From NCBI GenBank assembly GCA_963779495.1, contig CAVZYM010000004.1, positions 25,497 through 89,496 of the forward strand: a DNA stretch of 64,000 nucleotides, written 5' to 3'. Positions 20,546 through 30,536 of the stretch are shown one piece after another (position 1 is the first letter of the stretch; the number at the start of each line of letters is the position of its first letter). Source of the DNA: an uncultured Pseudomonadota bacterium. Its GTDB lineage: Bacteria > Myxococcota_A > Polyangia > Fen-1088. Under the pieces are notes generated by a model. The model made no database searches, was not told the origin of the DNA, and saw only the letters and a list, made by a program, of their open reading frames with translations. A program made the position numbers and the translations under genes.

Positions 20546-21505
20546 ATGCGCTTGCGCGTCCTGTACCACGGCAACTGCTTCGATGGTTGCAGCTCCGCGG
20601 GGGTGTTCGGACGCTTCTATCGCGAGCGCGTTGCCAAGGGGCCCGTCGACATCGTCTATCGCCCGCTGGAACACCGGGGAGATCCCCAACCGTTCGCGGC
20701 CGACTGCTTCGATGGTGACGAGAACGCCTGCGTCGACTTTCGCTACTCGCAGGATCCCCGGCTCAGCTGGTGGTTCGACCACCACGCCTCGGCGTTCCAG
20801 CTGGCGGGGGACGAGGACCACTTCCGCGCCGACGCCACCGGGCGGAAGTTCTACGACCCGGCGGCCAAGAGCTGCACCAAGTTCCTGGCCAGCACGGTCG
20901 CCGCGAAGTTCGGCTTCGACCTGGAACCGCTCGCGGAGCTGATCGAGTGGGCGGAGATCATCGATGGCGCGCTGTTCCCCGACGCGCGCATGGCCGTCGA
21001 GCTCAAGGAACCGGCGCTCCGGTTGATGACCTTCATCGAGAACAACCGTGATCCGGCCCTGGCGGATCGCTTCATCGGCGACCTGGTCAGCCGGCCACTG
21101 GGGGAGATCGCCGCGGATGCGTACGTCACCACCGCGCTGACCCCACTTCTGGTGCAGCACGAACGCAACATCGAGACGATCCGAGGGGCGGCGAAGCTGG
21201 AGAACGGTGTCGTCTTCTCCGACCTCGCGGATCGAGAGACGACCGCCTTCAACAAGTTCATCTCCTACTACCTCTTCCCCGAGGCCCGCTACTCGGTCGT
21301 CGTCAGCGTCGCCGCGCGCGCCAAGATCTCGATCGGCTCGAATCCCTGGTCGAAGGTGCCGCGCTCGCACGAGATCAACAAGATCTGCGAGCGTTACGGC
21401 GGCGGTGGCCACCCGGTCGTCGGCGCGATCTCGATGCCGAAGAGCGAGCTGCCGCGCGTGCGTCAGATCGCGCGCGACATCGTCGCCGAACTTTCGACGG
21501 GCTGA
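20546..21505 (+). CDS. DHH/DHHA1 family phosphoesterase
   Basis: YHGNCFDG, CVDF, WFDHH (DHH motif), GGGGHPVVG (DHHA1). Confidence 0.8.
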   Translation: MRLRVLYHGNCFDGCSSAGVFGRFYRERVAKGPVDIVYRPLEHRGDPQPFAADCFDGDENACVDFRYSQDPRLSWWFDHHASAFQLAGDEDHFRADATGRKFYDPAAKSCTKFLASTVAAKFGFDLEPLAELIEWAEIIDGALFPDARMAVELKEPALRLMTFIENNRDPALADRFIGDLVSRPLGEIAADAYVTTALTPLLVQHERNIETIRGAAKLENGVVFSDLADRETTAFNKFISYYLFPEARYSVVVSVAARAKISIGSNPWSKVPRSHEINKICERYGGGGHPVVGAISMPKSELPRVRQIARDIVAELSTG

Positions 21506-21511
21506 AGCAGC

Positions 21512-21590
21512 CGCGTCGGGGGAGCGCGGGCTTCGCCCGCGCGAGCCCATCGCGGGAGGCGCGGAACCCTGTCAGGGTTCCGATTCGATC
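21512..21590 (+). repeat. Two-hairpin intergenic repeat, copy 2
   Basis: CGCGTCGGGGGA-GCGCGGGC ttc GCCCGCGC-GAGCCCATCGCGGGAGGCGC-GGAACCC tgtca GGGTTCC-GATTCGATC. Confidence 0.9.
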
Positions 21591-21591
21591 G

Positions 21592-24189
21592 TCAGCGGCG
21601 AACCGGCCGCGTGCTGCGGGGGCGGCGGCTGACGGGGCGGGGGCGCTTCGGTCGGGGCGCGCCACCGGCGGGCGGCTTCGAGGCGGGAGCGTTGAGGCGG
21701 GTTTCGACCCGCTCGATCCGTTCGCGCAATTTCTCGTTCTCGCCGCGCAGCCGCGCGACCTCGTCGTGCAGCTGGCGCACCTCGTCGGCGGGGCGGGTCC
21801 CCGTCTCGATGTCGCGGATGGCGTCGTTCATCCGCCGCCGGGTCCGGCCGTCGAGCTCGCCGGCGAGCGCGCCGCGAATCGAGGGGATCGCCTCGGGCGC
21901 GCCCAGCCGCGCCAGCGACGCGGCGGCCTCGCCCCGGACCCGGAAGTCGCGATCGCGCAGCCGCGGTTCGATGAGCTCGCGCGCGGCCCGCGCCATCCCC
22001 GTGCCATAGGCCAGCTCGGCCAGCGCCGCGACGACGGCGCGCCGGGCGAACCAGGGGGCGGCCGGCCGCCAGGCGTCGCGCACGAGCGCGAGTCCTCGCT
22101 CGTCGCCGCAGCGCCCCAGCCCCTCGATGGCGCGGCTGCGGATCACGTCCTGGAACGAGGGGCGGTCGATCAGCCCCGGCAGCACGGCCAGCGCCAGCGG
22201 CGAGCGCGTCCGCCCCAACGCCAGCGCCGTCTCGGCCTCGACGAAGTAGCTCGGGTCGCCCCGCCGCAGGCGTTCGGCCAGGGCCCGGGCCGCCTCCTCG
22301 TCGCCGACCATCTCTCCCAGCGCGGCGGCCACGGCGCGGCGCACGCGCGGGTGGCGATCGTCGAGGGTCGCGAGCAGCTGGTCGCGGGCGTCGTCGCGGC
22401 GCGACTGCCCCAGGGCCCGCGCCGCGGCCGCGCGCACGCCCCAGTGGCGATCGTCGCGCAGCGCCGTGGCCAGCGCCGCCACCGCGTCCGGATCGGGGCG
22501 GTCGGCGAGGGCGCGCGCCGCCGCGACACGATCGATCGCCAGCCGTCCGGCCGCGAGCTGGCGGCGCCAGAGCGCGCGGCTCTTGTCGAGCTTGATCGTC
22601 TTGAGCACGACGTCGCCCGGATCGAAGATCACCTGCGCCGGGCGGGCCGGCAGCTTGAACTCGAAGCCGTGGTTGGCCTCGGTCACCGTCACGCGCTCGT
22701 CCTGTTCGCTCCCGTCGAGCTCGAAGCGAACCAGCGTCGAGAACTTGAACGGCGGCGCGTCGGGGCCGATCGCCTGCTTCTGCGCCAGGCGCAGCGTCCC
22801 CAGCTTGCGGTCATCGTCCCAGCTCCAGGCCCCTTCGAGCTCGGGGTGCCCGGGACGGGCGATCCAGCGGTCGAACATCTCGTCGACGGCGCGCCCGGTC
22901 GTCTCCTCGATGGCGCGGGCCAGATCGCGGGTCTCGACCGAACCGCGGGCGTTCGTGCGGGCGTAGTGGCCGAGGGCGCGCCAGAACGCCGCGTCTCCCA
23001 GCTCGTGGCGGAGCATGTGCAGAACGCGCCCGCCTTTCTCGTACAGATGGGAGTCGAACAGGTGGATCGGCTCCTCGTACTGCCGGCAGACCACCGGTCG
23101 CTGGTAGCGTCCCGCCTCGGCGAGGTAGCTGTCGCTGTCGACCAGCAGCTCGATGTCGGCCTCGTCGCGCCCCTTGGCGTGCTCCCGCCAGATGTACTCG
23201 AAGTAGGTGGCGAAGCCCTCGTTCAGCCAGGCCTCGGACCACTCGCGGCAGGTGAGCAGATCGCCCCACCACTGGTGGGCCAGCTCGTGCGAGACCAGCC
23301 CGTCGACGTCGTGATCCAGCGCGGCGCGCTCGTCGAGCAGCACCAGATCGGTCAGCGTCGTCGCCGAGGTGTTCTCCATTCCCCCGAAGATGAACTCGGG
23401 GACCGCGATCTGGCTGTAGCGCGGGTGGGGGTAGGGGACGCCGATCCGCTCCGAGAAGAAGTCGATCATCTCGGGCGTGCGCCCGAAGCTGCGGCGGGCG
23501 TCGGCCTCCCGCCCCGGGGTGACGTAGTAGTAGACGTCGACGCCGGTGCGCGGCGCCTTGTCGGCGACCTCGACGAACGGGCCGGCGACCAGCGTCACCA
23601 GATAGGCGGGATGGGGAAAGTCGAGCACGTAGTGCCAGCGGACCCGCCCGTCGGGGAGCTCGGTGCGATCGCGGAGCACGCCGTTCGAGAGCACGAAGTT
23701 TCCCGCGGGCGCGGTGCAGATGACCTCGGTGGTGAACTTCTCGACCGGGCGATCGAAGCAGGGCCAGTAGTAGCGGGAGTCGTCGTCCTGCCCCTGCGAC
23801 CAGCAGAGCGGCGGGCGCTGGGGATGGTCGGCGTCGGGCCCGACGAAGTAGAGGCCGCGGCGGGGCTGGCAGGCGTAGCGAACCGTCACCACCAGCGTCG
23901 CTCCGGCGGCCGCCGGTTCGGGGCAGACCACCCGCAGGTGCTCGCCGTCGTCGGTGTCGAACGCCGCCGGGCGGCCGTTGACGGCGACGCTCGCTATCTC
24001 GAGCTCGACGGCGTCGAAGCTGATGGAAGAGACGCCGTCGCGCCGCGCCGTCACCGTCAGGGTGGCGGTTCCGGCCAGCCGTTTGCGGGCCAGATCCAGC
24101 TCCCATTCCAGGCGGACCTGTTCGAGGTGGACCGGACGATCGGCGAGGAAATTCGTTCGCGTTCCGGGAGGGGCAAAAGGACGTGGCAT
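21592..24189 (-). CDS. pepN: M1 family aminopeptidase with C-terminal HEAT-like repeats and coiled coil
   Basis: GGMEN, HELAHQWWGD...WLNEGFATY, YEKGG; repeated WGVRAAAARALG / RVRRAVAAALG helices. Confidence 0.9.
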   Translation of the reverse strand: MPRPFAPPGTRTNFLADRPVHLEQVRLEWELDLARKRLAGTATLTVTARRDGVSSISFDAVELEIASVAVNGRPAAFDTDDGEHLRVVCPEPAAAGATLVVTVRYACQPRRGLYFVGPDADHPQRPPLCWSQGQDDDSRYYWPCFDRPVEKFTTEVICTAPAGNFVLSNGVLRDRTELPDGRVRWHYVLDFPHPAYLVTLVAGPFVEVADKAPRTGVDVYYYVTPGREADARRSFGRTPEMIDFFSERIGVPYPHPRYSQIAVPEFIFGGMENTSATTLTDLVLLDERAALDHDVDGLVSHELAHQWWGDLLTCREWSEAWLNEGFATYFEYIWREHAKGRDEADIELLVDSDSYLAEAGRYQRPVVCRQYEEPIHLFDSHLYEKGGRVLHMLRHELGDAAFWRALGHYARTNARGSVETRDLARAIEETTGRAVDEMFDRWIARPGHPELEGAWSWDDDRKLGTLRLAQKQAIGPDAPPFKFSTLVRFELDGSEQDERVTVTEANHGFEFKLPARPAQVIFDPGDVVLKTIKLDKSRALWRRQLAAGRLAIDRVAAARALADRPDPDAVAALATALRDDRHWGVRAAAARALGQSRRDDARDQLLATLDDRHPRVRRAVAAALGEMVGDEEAARALAERLRRGDPSYFVEAETALALGRTRSPLALAVLPGLIDRPSFQDVIRSRAIEGLGRCGDERGLALVRDAWRPAAPWFARRAVVAALAELAYGTGMARAARELIEPRLRDRDFRVRGEAAASLARLGAPEAIPSIRGALAGELDGRTRRRMNDAIRDIETGTRPADEVRQLHDEVARLRGENEKLRERIERVETRLNAPASKPPAGGAPRPKRPRPVSRRPRSTRPVRR

Positions 24190-24223
24190 GCGCGACGAGG
24201 AAGGCACGTTATCATGCGGACCG

Positions 24224-24688
24224 ATGAACGCGCGTGAACCGGTGCAGCGTCGCCATTTCGTCGCAGGGGCGACGCCGGCGGAGGTCTATGCGGTCGTGAC
24301 CGATTTCGTCGAGTACCCGCGACTTTTTCCCGAGTTCGTGGCGACCCGGGTGGTCAGCACCACCGGCAACGTCGCCCGGGTCGAGTTCAAGGCGCAGATC
24401 GTGATGGCGGTGCGCTACGTCCTCGATCTGCGCTGCGAGCCCGAGATGCTGACCGTCGACTGGACCTTCGTGGAGGGAGAGATCGTCGTCGCCTCCACGG
24501 GCGGGTGGCGCTTCAGCGCCGAGGGGGGCGGCACGACCGTCGAGTACCGGGCGATGATCGACGTGCGGGCCCCGGTCCCCGGCTTCATCCTGCGCAAGGT
24601 GACCGACGGCCTGGTGGCGGCGTCGATCCCAAGTATGTTCCGGGCGATCGAGGGCGAGGTCCGCCGCCGTCAGCCCCGGCAGACGTAG
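24224..24688 (+). CDS. SRPBCC/polyketide cyclase-like protein
   Basis: [28 protein letters not shown] pattern of the START/SRPBCC fold. Confidence 0.75.
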   Translation: MNAREPVQRRHFVAGATPAEVYAVVTDFVEYPRLFPEFVATRVVSTTGNVARVEFKAQIVMAVRYVLDLRCEPEMLTVDWTFVEGEIVVASTGGWRFSAEGGGTTVEYRAMIDVRAPVPGFILRKVTDGLVAASIPSMFRAIEGEVRRRQPRQT

Positions 24689-25254
24689 CGGCTGTCGCGG
24701 GCGTAGAACCGCAGCTTGCGGGCGGCCCAGTCCCCGGCGTAGGCGACGCCGATGCGCGGCGAGATCGCCCGCCGCGGCGCCGGCGTCCCGTCGTCGGCCA
24801 CGAAGAAGTCGCCGCCGCTGCAGAGATCGCGCCCCTTGTCGCGCAACGTGATCGCCAGCGCGGCGCACAGCTTGCCGGGGCCGGTCAGCGGTTTCCCCTC
24901 CGCTGGGAACCCGTCCAGCGGCGCGGCCGCGCGGATCAGGACCGCGCCGGCGACCCCGTCGGTCTCGGTCACGAAGTTCATGCAGTGGTGCATGCCGTAG
25001 ACCAGGTAGACGTAGAGGAATCCCGGCGGCCCGAACATGATCGCCGCGCGCGGCGTGGGTCCGCGGCGCGCGTGCGAGGCGGCGTCCCGCTCTCCCAGAT
25101 ACGCTTCGACCTCGACGATCCGCGCCAGAACCACGCGACCGGACGGCGTCCGTCTCACGAGCACCTTGCCGATCAGCTCGCGCGCGACGGTCGCCGTCGG
25201 GCGGGCGTAGAACGCGCGCGGCAGCGGCGTGAGGGCGGCGCTCGCGTCAGTCAC
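24670..25254 (-). CDS. mpg: DNA-3-methyladenine glycosylase (MPG/AAG type)
   Basis: [58 protein letters not shown]. Confidence 0.93.
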   Translation of the reverse strand: MTDASAALTPLPRAFYARPTATVARELIGKVLVRRTPSGRVVLARIVEVEAYLGERDAASHARRGPTPRAAIMFGPPGFLYVYLVYGMHHCMNFVTETDGVAGAVLIRAAAPLDGFPAEGKPLTGPGKLCAALAITLRDKGRDLCSGGDFFVADDGTPAPRRAISPRIGVAYAGDWAARKLRFYARDSRYVCRG

Positions 25255-25975
25255 CGAGCAGCAACCGCTGGCGCGCGAGCCCGTCGAGCAGCCGCCCGAC
25301 CCGACCGTCGCTCTCCAGCGCGGCGAGCATCCCGGTCGCCGCGCGCCGGTAGCCGTCGCGATCGAGCTCGCCGCTCACCAGCTTGTAACGCAGGAACAGG
25401 AAGGCGGTCTGCGCGACGTCGGAGAGGCAGTAGTGCCGGAGCGCATCGAGCTGCCCGGCATGATAGAGCCCCTCGACCTGGCTGCCGTCCACGCCATCCT
25501 TGCCAGGAAGGCCGATGAGGCGGGCGGCGCCGTCGAGCGACGTCATCTTCGCCGCCCCGTAATCGGCGAGCACGTCGCAGAGATCGATGTGCCCCTCCTC
25601 CGTGAAGCGATAGCGATAGCCCTCGCCCCGGTAGTACCAGCGGAAGTCGAGCCCGAACCGGAGCGCGCGCAGCGCCAGGACCGGGAGGTCGAACCCGCGC
25701 CCGTTCCAGGTGACGACGTGCGGCCGCCACTTGCTCATGAATTCCGCAAAGTCGGACATCATCCCGGCCTCGTCCTTCCCCTCGCCGAAGGTGCCGATCC
25801 GCTTCACGGCCAACGCTTCGTCCAGCCACATCACGCCGATGACAATCGGGCGACAGGCGTACAAAGGAGGGAACGGGCGCTCCACGCCGTTTGTGGGGTC
25901 AGGTGGGGTGAACAGCTCCCGGTCCGGGATCGTTTCGATGTCGAGGACAAGGTAGGTGGATTCACTACTTGGCAT
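25247..25975 (-). CDS. PolB-like 3'-5' exonuclease (standalone DEDD)
   Basis: [10 protein letters not shown] (ExoI), [13 protein letters not shown] (ExoII), [15 protein letters not shown] (ExoIII). Confidence 0.85.
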   Translation of the reverse strand: MPSSESTYLVLDIETIPDRELFTPPDPTNGVERPFPPLYACRPIVIGVMWLDEALAVKRIGTFGEGKDEAGMMSDFAEFMSKWRPHVVTWNGRGFDLPVLALRALRFGLDFRWYYRGEGYRYRFTEEGHIDLCDVLADYGAAKMTSLDGAARLIGLPGKDGVDGSQVEGLYHAGQLDALRHYCLSDVAQTAFLFLRYKLVSGELDRDGYRRAATGMLAALESDGRVGRLLDGLARQRLLLGD

Positions 25976-26014
25976 TACTTGATTCTATATAGGTGTGCTG
26001 CATCTACTTGATTC
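25966..26014. promoter_or_regulatory. Direct repeats in a divergent promoter region
   Basis: TACTTGATTC at 25976-25985 and 26005-26014, plus TACTTGGCAT at 25966-25975, in an AT-rich gap. Confidence 0.45.
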
Positions 26015-26069
26015 CCCCATCGAACACGATGGAGTATCGAGCTGCCTTTTTTGAACTAGGAGAACGACC

Positions 26070-28703
26070 ATGTTTTCAGCCCCCGTTCGAGCCTATACCT
26101 TGTTCGCGGCCGTGTGTCTCATCGTTGCCGGCGCGGGATGCGCGGGAACGAAAGGAAGGCCGGCCACAGGCGGCGGCGGCAACAGCGGCAGTCACGTGAG
26201 TGGCGTGGGCGGTTTCTTCGTTCCCCTCGACGGCGGGCTTCCCCCTTTCGACGCGGGCAGCATCCTCCGCCCCGACGGCGCCGACGCGGCCTGTGGCGAC
26301 GGAGTTCTCCAGTCGGAATTCCTGGAGACCTGCGACGACGGTAACAAAATCGCGGACGACGGGTGCGATCCGCTGTGTCAGAAATCCGACCTCTTCGACT
26401 GTCCGACGCCCGGTCAGGCCTGCATCAAGACCGCGAAGTGCGGCAACGGCATCCTGACCTCGGACGAGCAGTGCGACGACAACAACCTGACGGGCGGCGA
26501 TGGCTGCAGCGCGACCTGCCAGGTCGAAATGGGCTTCGAGTGCCGCGTCCCGGGCCGCAAGTGCGTTCCGACCTGCGGCGACGGGATAATCAAGGGCGGC
26601 GAGAAGTGCGATGACACGAACACCGCCAGCGACGACGGCTGCTCCGCCAACTGCTTGATCGAGCCGGGCGCCAGCTGCCCGACCGCGGGTCAGAAGTGCA
26701 TCGTCGCCGTCTGCGGCAACGGCACCAAGGAGTCGAGCGAGGGCTGCGACTGCGGCACCGATCCCACGAAGCTGCCGAGCGGCTGCCCGGGACCGAACGG
26801 TCTGTTCTTCGGTGACGGCACCGGCTGCTCGAAGACCTGCACCAAGGAGCCCAAGTGCCGCGACGGCGTCACCACGCGCGCCTGCGACACCACCTGCGGC
26901 AACGGCAACAAGGAGACGGGCGAGGACTGCGACGACGGCAACCTCGACAACGGCGACGGCTGCAGCAGCACCTGCAAGGTCGAGGGGGGCTTCACCTGCG
27001 GCGATAGCCCCAAGGACGACACGGAAGACTGCACGATGGGCGGCGGGAAGTGCCTGAAGCTGCCGATCATCTACCGCGACTTCAAGAACGAGAGCGTCAG
27101 CGGCGGTCACCCCGACTTCTTCTACCTGGGCGCGACCATCACGGGCGGGCCCAGCATCACCGGCGTCCAGGGGCAGGCGGGCGCGACCGCCTACAGCCGG
27201 CGCTACTGCGTCTCCAACTCGGGCGGTCCGGCCAAGAAGAACGACTCGGTCGGACGCTGCTGGGATCTCGCGGCCGCGGGGCTGGACGCGAAGGGCAAGC
27301 CGCAGTTCAACACCAGCCGCAACGGCGGCGGCAACAACGCCTTCCTGTGCGACTGCCAGTTCATCGACTGGAGCCACGACGGCAACGGCGGCCACGTCAC
27401 CGGCGCGACCGCCGCGATGAGCCCGACCATCGGCCTGACCTACACCGACGGCGCCAGCGGTCACCCGATGTACCGCGGCCCGGCGCCGATCGTGAAGGAC
27501 GCGACCAGCTTCGGTCAGTGGTTCGTCGACGGAACCTTCACGAACAGCACGCACTCGGTCGGGACGCTGGAGCTGGTCCAGCTGGCCGGTAACCAGTTCC
27601 AGTTCACCAGCCAGCCGCACGCGGTCTACGCGGGCTTCTTCCCGGTCGACCCGCCCGGCCAGTTCCCGATCGGGGGCAGCCAGGCGGGGCCGGGCGCCAT
27701 TACGACAATGCCGGGGTCGAACGAGAAGTTGCTTTGCAACCTGTGGCCCTACTGGATTCCGACGGCGTTCCCGGCGTGCAAGGGGGATCAGTACCTGTTC
27801 CCGCCCAGCATCTCGACGCCGCTCACCGGCATGTGGGTGACCGGGATCCAGGGCTGGTACCACAACTTCTGGTACACCACCGAGGCGCGCTATCTGTTCA
27901 CGTTCACGGGTGATCCCTTCGCGTTGCAGTTCTACGGCGACGACGATCTCTTCATCTTCATCAACGGCAAGCTCGCCGTCGACCTGGGCGGCGTCCACCA
28001 GCGGCTCCCCGGCAAGGTGTCGGTCGGCGCCGACGGCAAGGCGACGATCGTCGAGGGCGGCTCGGTCGACACGGCCGGCGCCATCAATCCGTGCCCGACG
28101 GCCGACCCGGTCACGGCGCTGATCCCGAACACGCTGTCGAACGTCGACGGTAACGGCCACAGCAACTGCACCAACAACACCTGCGACTGCCGCAACCGTG
28201 CGAACGTCGACCTCGGCCTGAAGGTGGGCAGCACCTACGAGATCGCGGTGTTTCACGCCGACCGTCACCCGACCGAGTCGAACTACCAGCTGACGTTGAG
28301 CGGGTTCAAGACCAACCAGTCGAACTGCGCGGCCCGCTGCGGCGACGGCGTCGCCACCGGCGCCGAGGAGTGCGACTGCGGCGACGGCACGACGACCCCG
28401 CCCGCCGAGTGCCTGGGGCACAGCAACGACGGCTCGTACGGCGGCTGCAGCGCCGAGTGCAAGTACGGTTCGTACTGCGGCGACGGCACGCTCGACGCCG
28501 CGGCCGGCGAGGAGTGCGACCTCGGAACGAAGAAGAACACCGGCGGGTACGGCGAAATGGGCTGCACGCAGGGCTGCAAGCGCACGCACTACTGCGGCGA
28601 CGGCCGGTCCGATCCGGGCGAGGCCTGCGACCTGGGCGAGGCCAACAGCGACGATCCGAACATGTCGGCTTGCAACAAGTCTTGCGAGCTGAACATCATC
28701 TAG
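26070..28703 (+). CDS. Fibro-slime (PA14-like) domain lipoprotein with Myxococcus-type Cys-rich (DUF4215) repeats
   Basis: Signal with GAGC lipobox; repeats CGDG/CGNG...E.CDD.N...DGC; IIYRDFK..GGHPDF, HNFWYTTEARY, FYGDDDLFIFINGKLAVDLGGVH, YEIAVFHADRH. Confidence 0.88.
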   Translation: MFSAPVRAYTLFAAVCLIVAGAGCAGTKGRPATGGGGNSGSHVSGVGGFFVPLDGGLPPFDAGSILRPDGADAACGDGVLQSEFLETCDDGNKIADDGCDPLCQKSDLFDCPTPGQACIKTAKCGNGILTSDEQCDDNNLTGGDGCSATCQVEMGFECRVPGRKCVPTCGDGIIKGGEKCDDTNTASDDGCSANCLIEPGASCPTAGQKCIVAVCGNGTKESSEGCDCGTDPTKLPSGCPGPNGLFFGDGTGCSKTCTKEPKCRDGVTTRACDTTCGNGNKETGEDCDDGNLDNGDGCSSTCKVEGGFTCGDSPKDDTEDCTMGGGKCLKLPIIYRDFKNESVSGGHPDFFYLGATITGGPSITGVQGQAGATAYSRRYCVSNSGGPAKKNDSVGRCWDLAAAGLDAKGKPQFNTSRNGGGNNAFLCDCQFIDWSHDGNGGHVTGATAAMSPTIGLTYTDGASGHPMYRGPAPIVKDATSFGQWFVDGTFTNSTHSVGTLELVQLAGNQFQFTSQPHAVYAGFFPVDPPGQFPIGGSQAGPGAITTMPGSNEKLLCNLWPYWIPTAFPACKGDQYLFPPSISTPLTGMWVTGIQGWYHNFWYTTEARYLFTFTGDPFALQFYGDDDLFIFINGKLAVDLGGVHQRLPGKVSVGADGKATIVEGGSVDTAGAINPCPTADPVTALIPNTLSNVDGNGHSNCTNNTCDCRNRANVDLGLKVGSTYEIAVFHADRHPTESNYQLTLSGFKTNQSNCAARCGDGVATGAEECDCGDGTTTPPAECLGHSNDGSYGGCSAECKYGSYCGDGTLDAAAGEECDLGTKKNTGGYGEMGCTQGCKRTHYCGDGRSDPGEACDLGEANSDDPNMSACNKSCELNII

Positions 28704-28726
28704 TTCGAACGTTCCGCTGACGACGG

Positions 28727-28774
28727 GGGCTCAGACCTCGCGCGCAAGCGCAGGGTCTGGGCCCTTTGTCGTTT
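28727..28774 (+). terminator. Hairpin terminator after the fibro-slime gene
   Basis: GGGCTCAGACC...GGTCTGGGCCC followed by TTTGTCGTTT. Confidence 0.55.
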
Positions 28775-28828
28775 CTCTCTCGCGTCCCGCCGTCGTGGCC
28801 GGGGCCGCCTGTGTTAGAAACGTCGGCG

Positions 28829-29065
28829 ATGCTTCGCAGGCGGCTCCTGGCTCTCCTTGGCCTCGCGCTGGGCCTCGCGTTTGCGGGCGCCGGCTGCGCG
28901 CACAAGCCACCGGTCGCGCCGTGGCAGCGCGAGTACCTCTCGAAGCGGGCGTTGCGGTTCGACGGTGACATCCAGGAGGATCGGTTCCGGCAACACCTGT
29001 TCGGCGCACGGGAGGGCGCCGACCTCGGCTACGGTCAGCCCGGCGGGGGCTGCGGCTGCAATTGA
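28829..29065 (+). CDS. DUF4266 small lipoprotein
   Basis: Lipobox GAGC; VAPWQREYLSKRAL, REGADLGYGQPGGGCGCN terminus. Confidence 0.85.
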   Translation: MLRRRLLALLGLALGLAFAGAGCAHKPPVAPWQREYLSKRALRFDGDIQEDRFRQHLFGAREGADLGYGQPGGGCGCN

Positions 29066-30186
29066 AACGCCCCGGTGCCTGCGCCGCCGCGGCCATCGCG
29101 GCGGGCCTGCTGAGCGCCGCCGGCAGCGCGCGCGCCGACGACTACGTCGTCATCCGCGGCGCCTACTACCGCGAGGCCTCGACGCGCGTCATCCAGCCGA
29201 TGATGGAGGTCGAGCGTGACTCGGCGAGCGGGCTCGACGTCGGCGCCCACTTTCTGGTCGACACGATCACCTCGGCGTCCGTCGCCGCCGGCACCGCCGT
29301 CGACAACGTGTTCACCGAGGTGCGCAACGAGGCCGGCCTCATGGTGCGCAAGCGCTGGTCGCGCGACGACGTCGTGGTCGGTTATCGCTACAGCGCCGAA
29401 TCGGACTACTGGTCGCACGGCCTCGGCGCCTCCGGGGGGCACCGCTTCTGGGGTGACACCGCGACGGTGCGGTTCTCGCTGGGCTTCAACTTCGACACGC
29501 TGACGTCGCGCGGCCGGGTGCCGGCCTGCGCCCTGGCGATCTCGCTGACGACGACCTCCTGTCCGCTCAACGTCTTTTTCATGGGCGGGTCGTACACCCA
29601 GGTGCTGTCGCCCGTCGCGCTCGCGCAGGTGACCGCCGAGTTCGCCTATCTCGACGGGTTTCAGGGCAATCTCTACCGCAGCGCGCCCCCGTTCACGGCC
29701 GAGATGCTGCCCGAGCAGCGGCTGCGCAGCGCCATCGCGCCGCGGATCGCCTACTACGTGCCGCAGAGCGGAACGGGGCTGCAGCTCTACTATCGCTACT
29801 ACTGGGACAGCTACCCCGGGGGCGAGGGCAATCCTTGGGCGCTCCGGGCCCACACGATCGAGGCGCGCATCTTCCAGCAGGTGAACCGCGACCTGGAGAT
29901 CCGGGTCAGCTACCGGCAGCACTTCCAGAACCATGCCCAGTTCTGGTGCGACGGCCTGGCCCGCCCCTGCACCCCGCCGTTCTACAGCGCCGATCCCAAG
30001 CTGGGGCCGGTCCACACGGAGTACCCGGAGCTGAAGGTCATCTGGGAGACCGAGGCGCTGCGTGACGTCGAGTTTTTGCGCTGGTTCGCCGGCGGAAGCC
30101 TCGAGGTCTCGTACGGCTACTACATGCAGAACAACAACTTCGGCAACGCCCACGTGCTTCAGATGGGCTACCGGATGCCATACTAG
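29062..30186 (+). CDS. DUF3570 putative outer-membrane beta-barrel
   Basis: Signal peptide; VDTITSASV, EVRNE, YSAESDY, YYRYYWD, AHTIEAR; overlaps the DUF4266 stop, the usual pairing. Confidence 0.8.
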   Translation: MKRPGACAAAAIAAGLLSAAGSARADDYVVIRGAYYREASTRVIQPMMEVERDSASGLDVGAHFLVDTITSASVAAGTAVDNVFTEVRNEAGLMVRKRWSRDDVVVGYRYSAESDYWSHGLGASGGHRFWGDTATVRFSLGFNFDTLTSRGRVPACALAISLTTTSCPLNVFFMGGSYTQVLSPVALAQVTAEFAYLDGFQGNLYRSAPPFTAEMLPEQRLRSAIAPRIAYYVPQSGTGLQLYYRYYWDSYPGGEGNPWALRAHTIEARIFQQVNRDLEIRVSYRQHFQNHAQFWCDGLARPCTPPFYSADPKLGPVHTEYPELKVIWETEALRDVEFLRWFAGGSLEVSYGYYMQNNNFGNAHVLQMGYRMPY

Positions 30187-30191
30187 AGACC

Positions 30192-30536
30192 GTGGCTGAT
30201 CATACCGCCGTCGCGTCGTCGCCGTTGACGCTGCGCCAGGTTCGCGCCGCCCAGCTGCGGGTGCGGGCGACCCGGCACGCCATCGTGCAGGCGCTGCTGG
30301 CGTCGGTCTTCCTGATCGGCGCGCTGGCCCACGCCCGGGCGCCCGAGCGCCACGCCCAGGGGAGCCTGGTCTGGATGTCGGCGCTGCTGGTGATGTCGAC
30401 GTTCGACGTCGCGGTCGGGCTGCGCACGCTGGTGCGGCTGCGGCTGCGCCGCCAGATGGCCTGGGTCTGGATGGCGGGGGCGGCCGCCTGGGGGCTGCTG
30501 TCGACGGCGCTGCTCGGTTTCCTGGTGCGTGGCTGA
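30192..30536 (+). CDS. Small membrane protein, about 3 TM, unknown function
   Basis: Hydrophobic segments; tightly coupled between DUF3570 and the SDR gene. Confidence 0.6.
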   Translation: MADHTAVASSPLTLRQVRAAQLRVRATRHAIVQALLASVFLIGALAHARAPERHAQGSLVWMSALLVMSTFDVAVGLRTLVRLRLRRQMAWVWMAGAAAWGLLSTALLGFLVRG

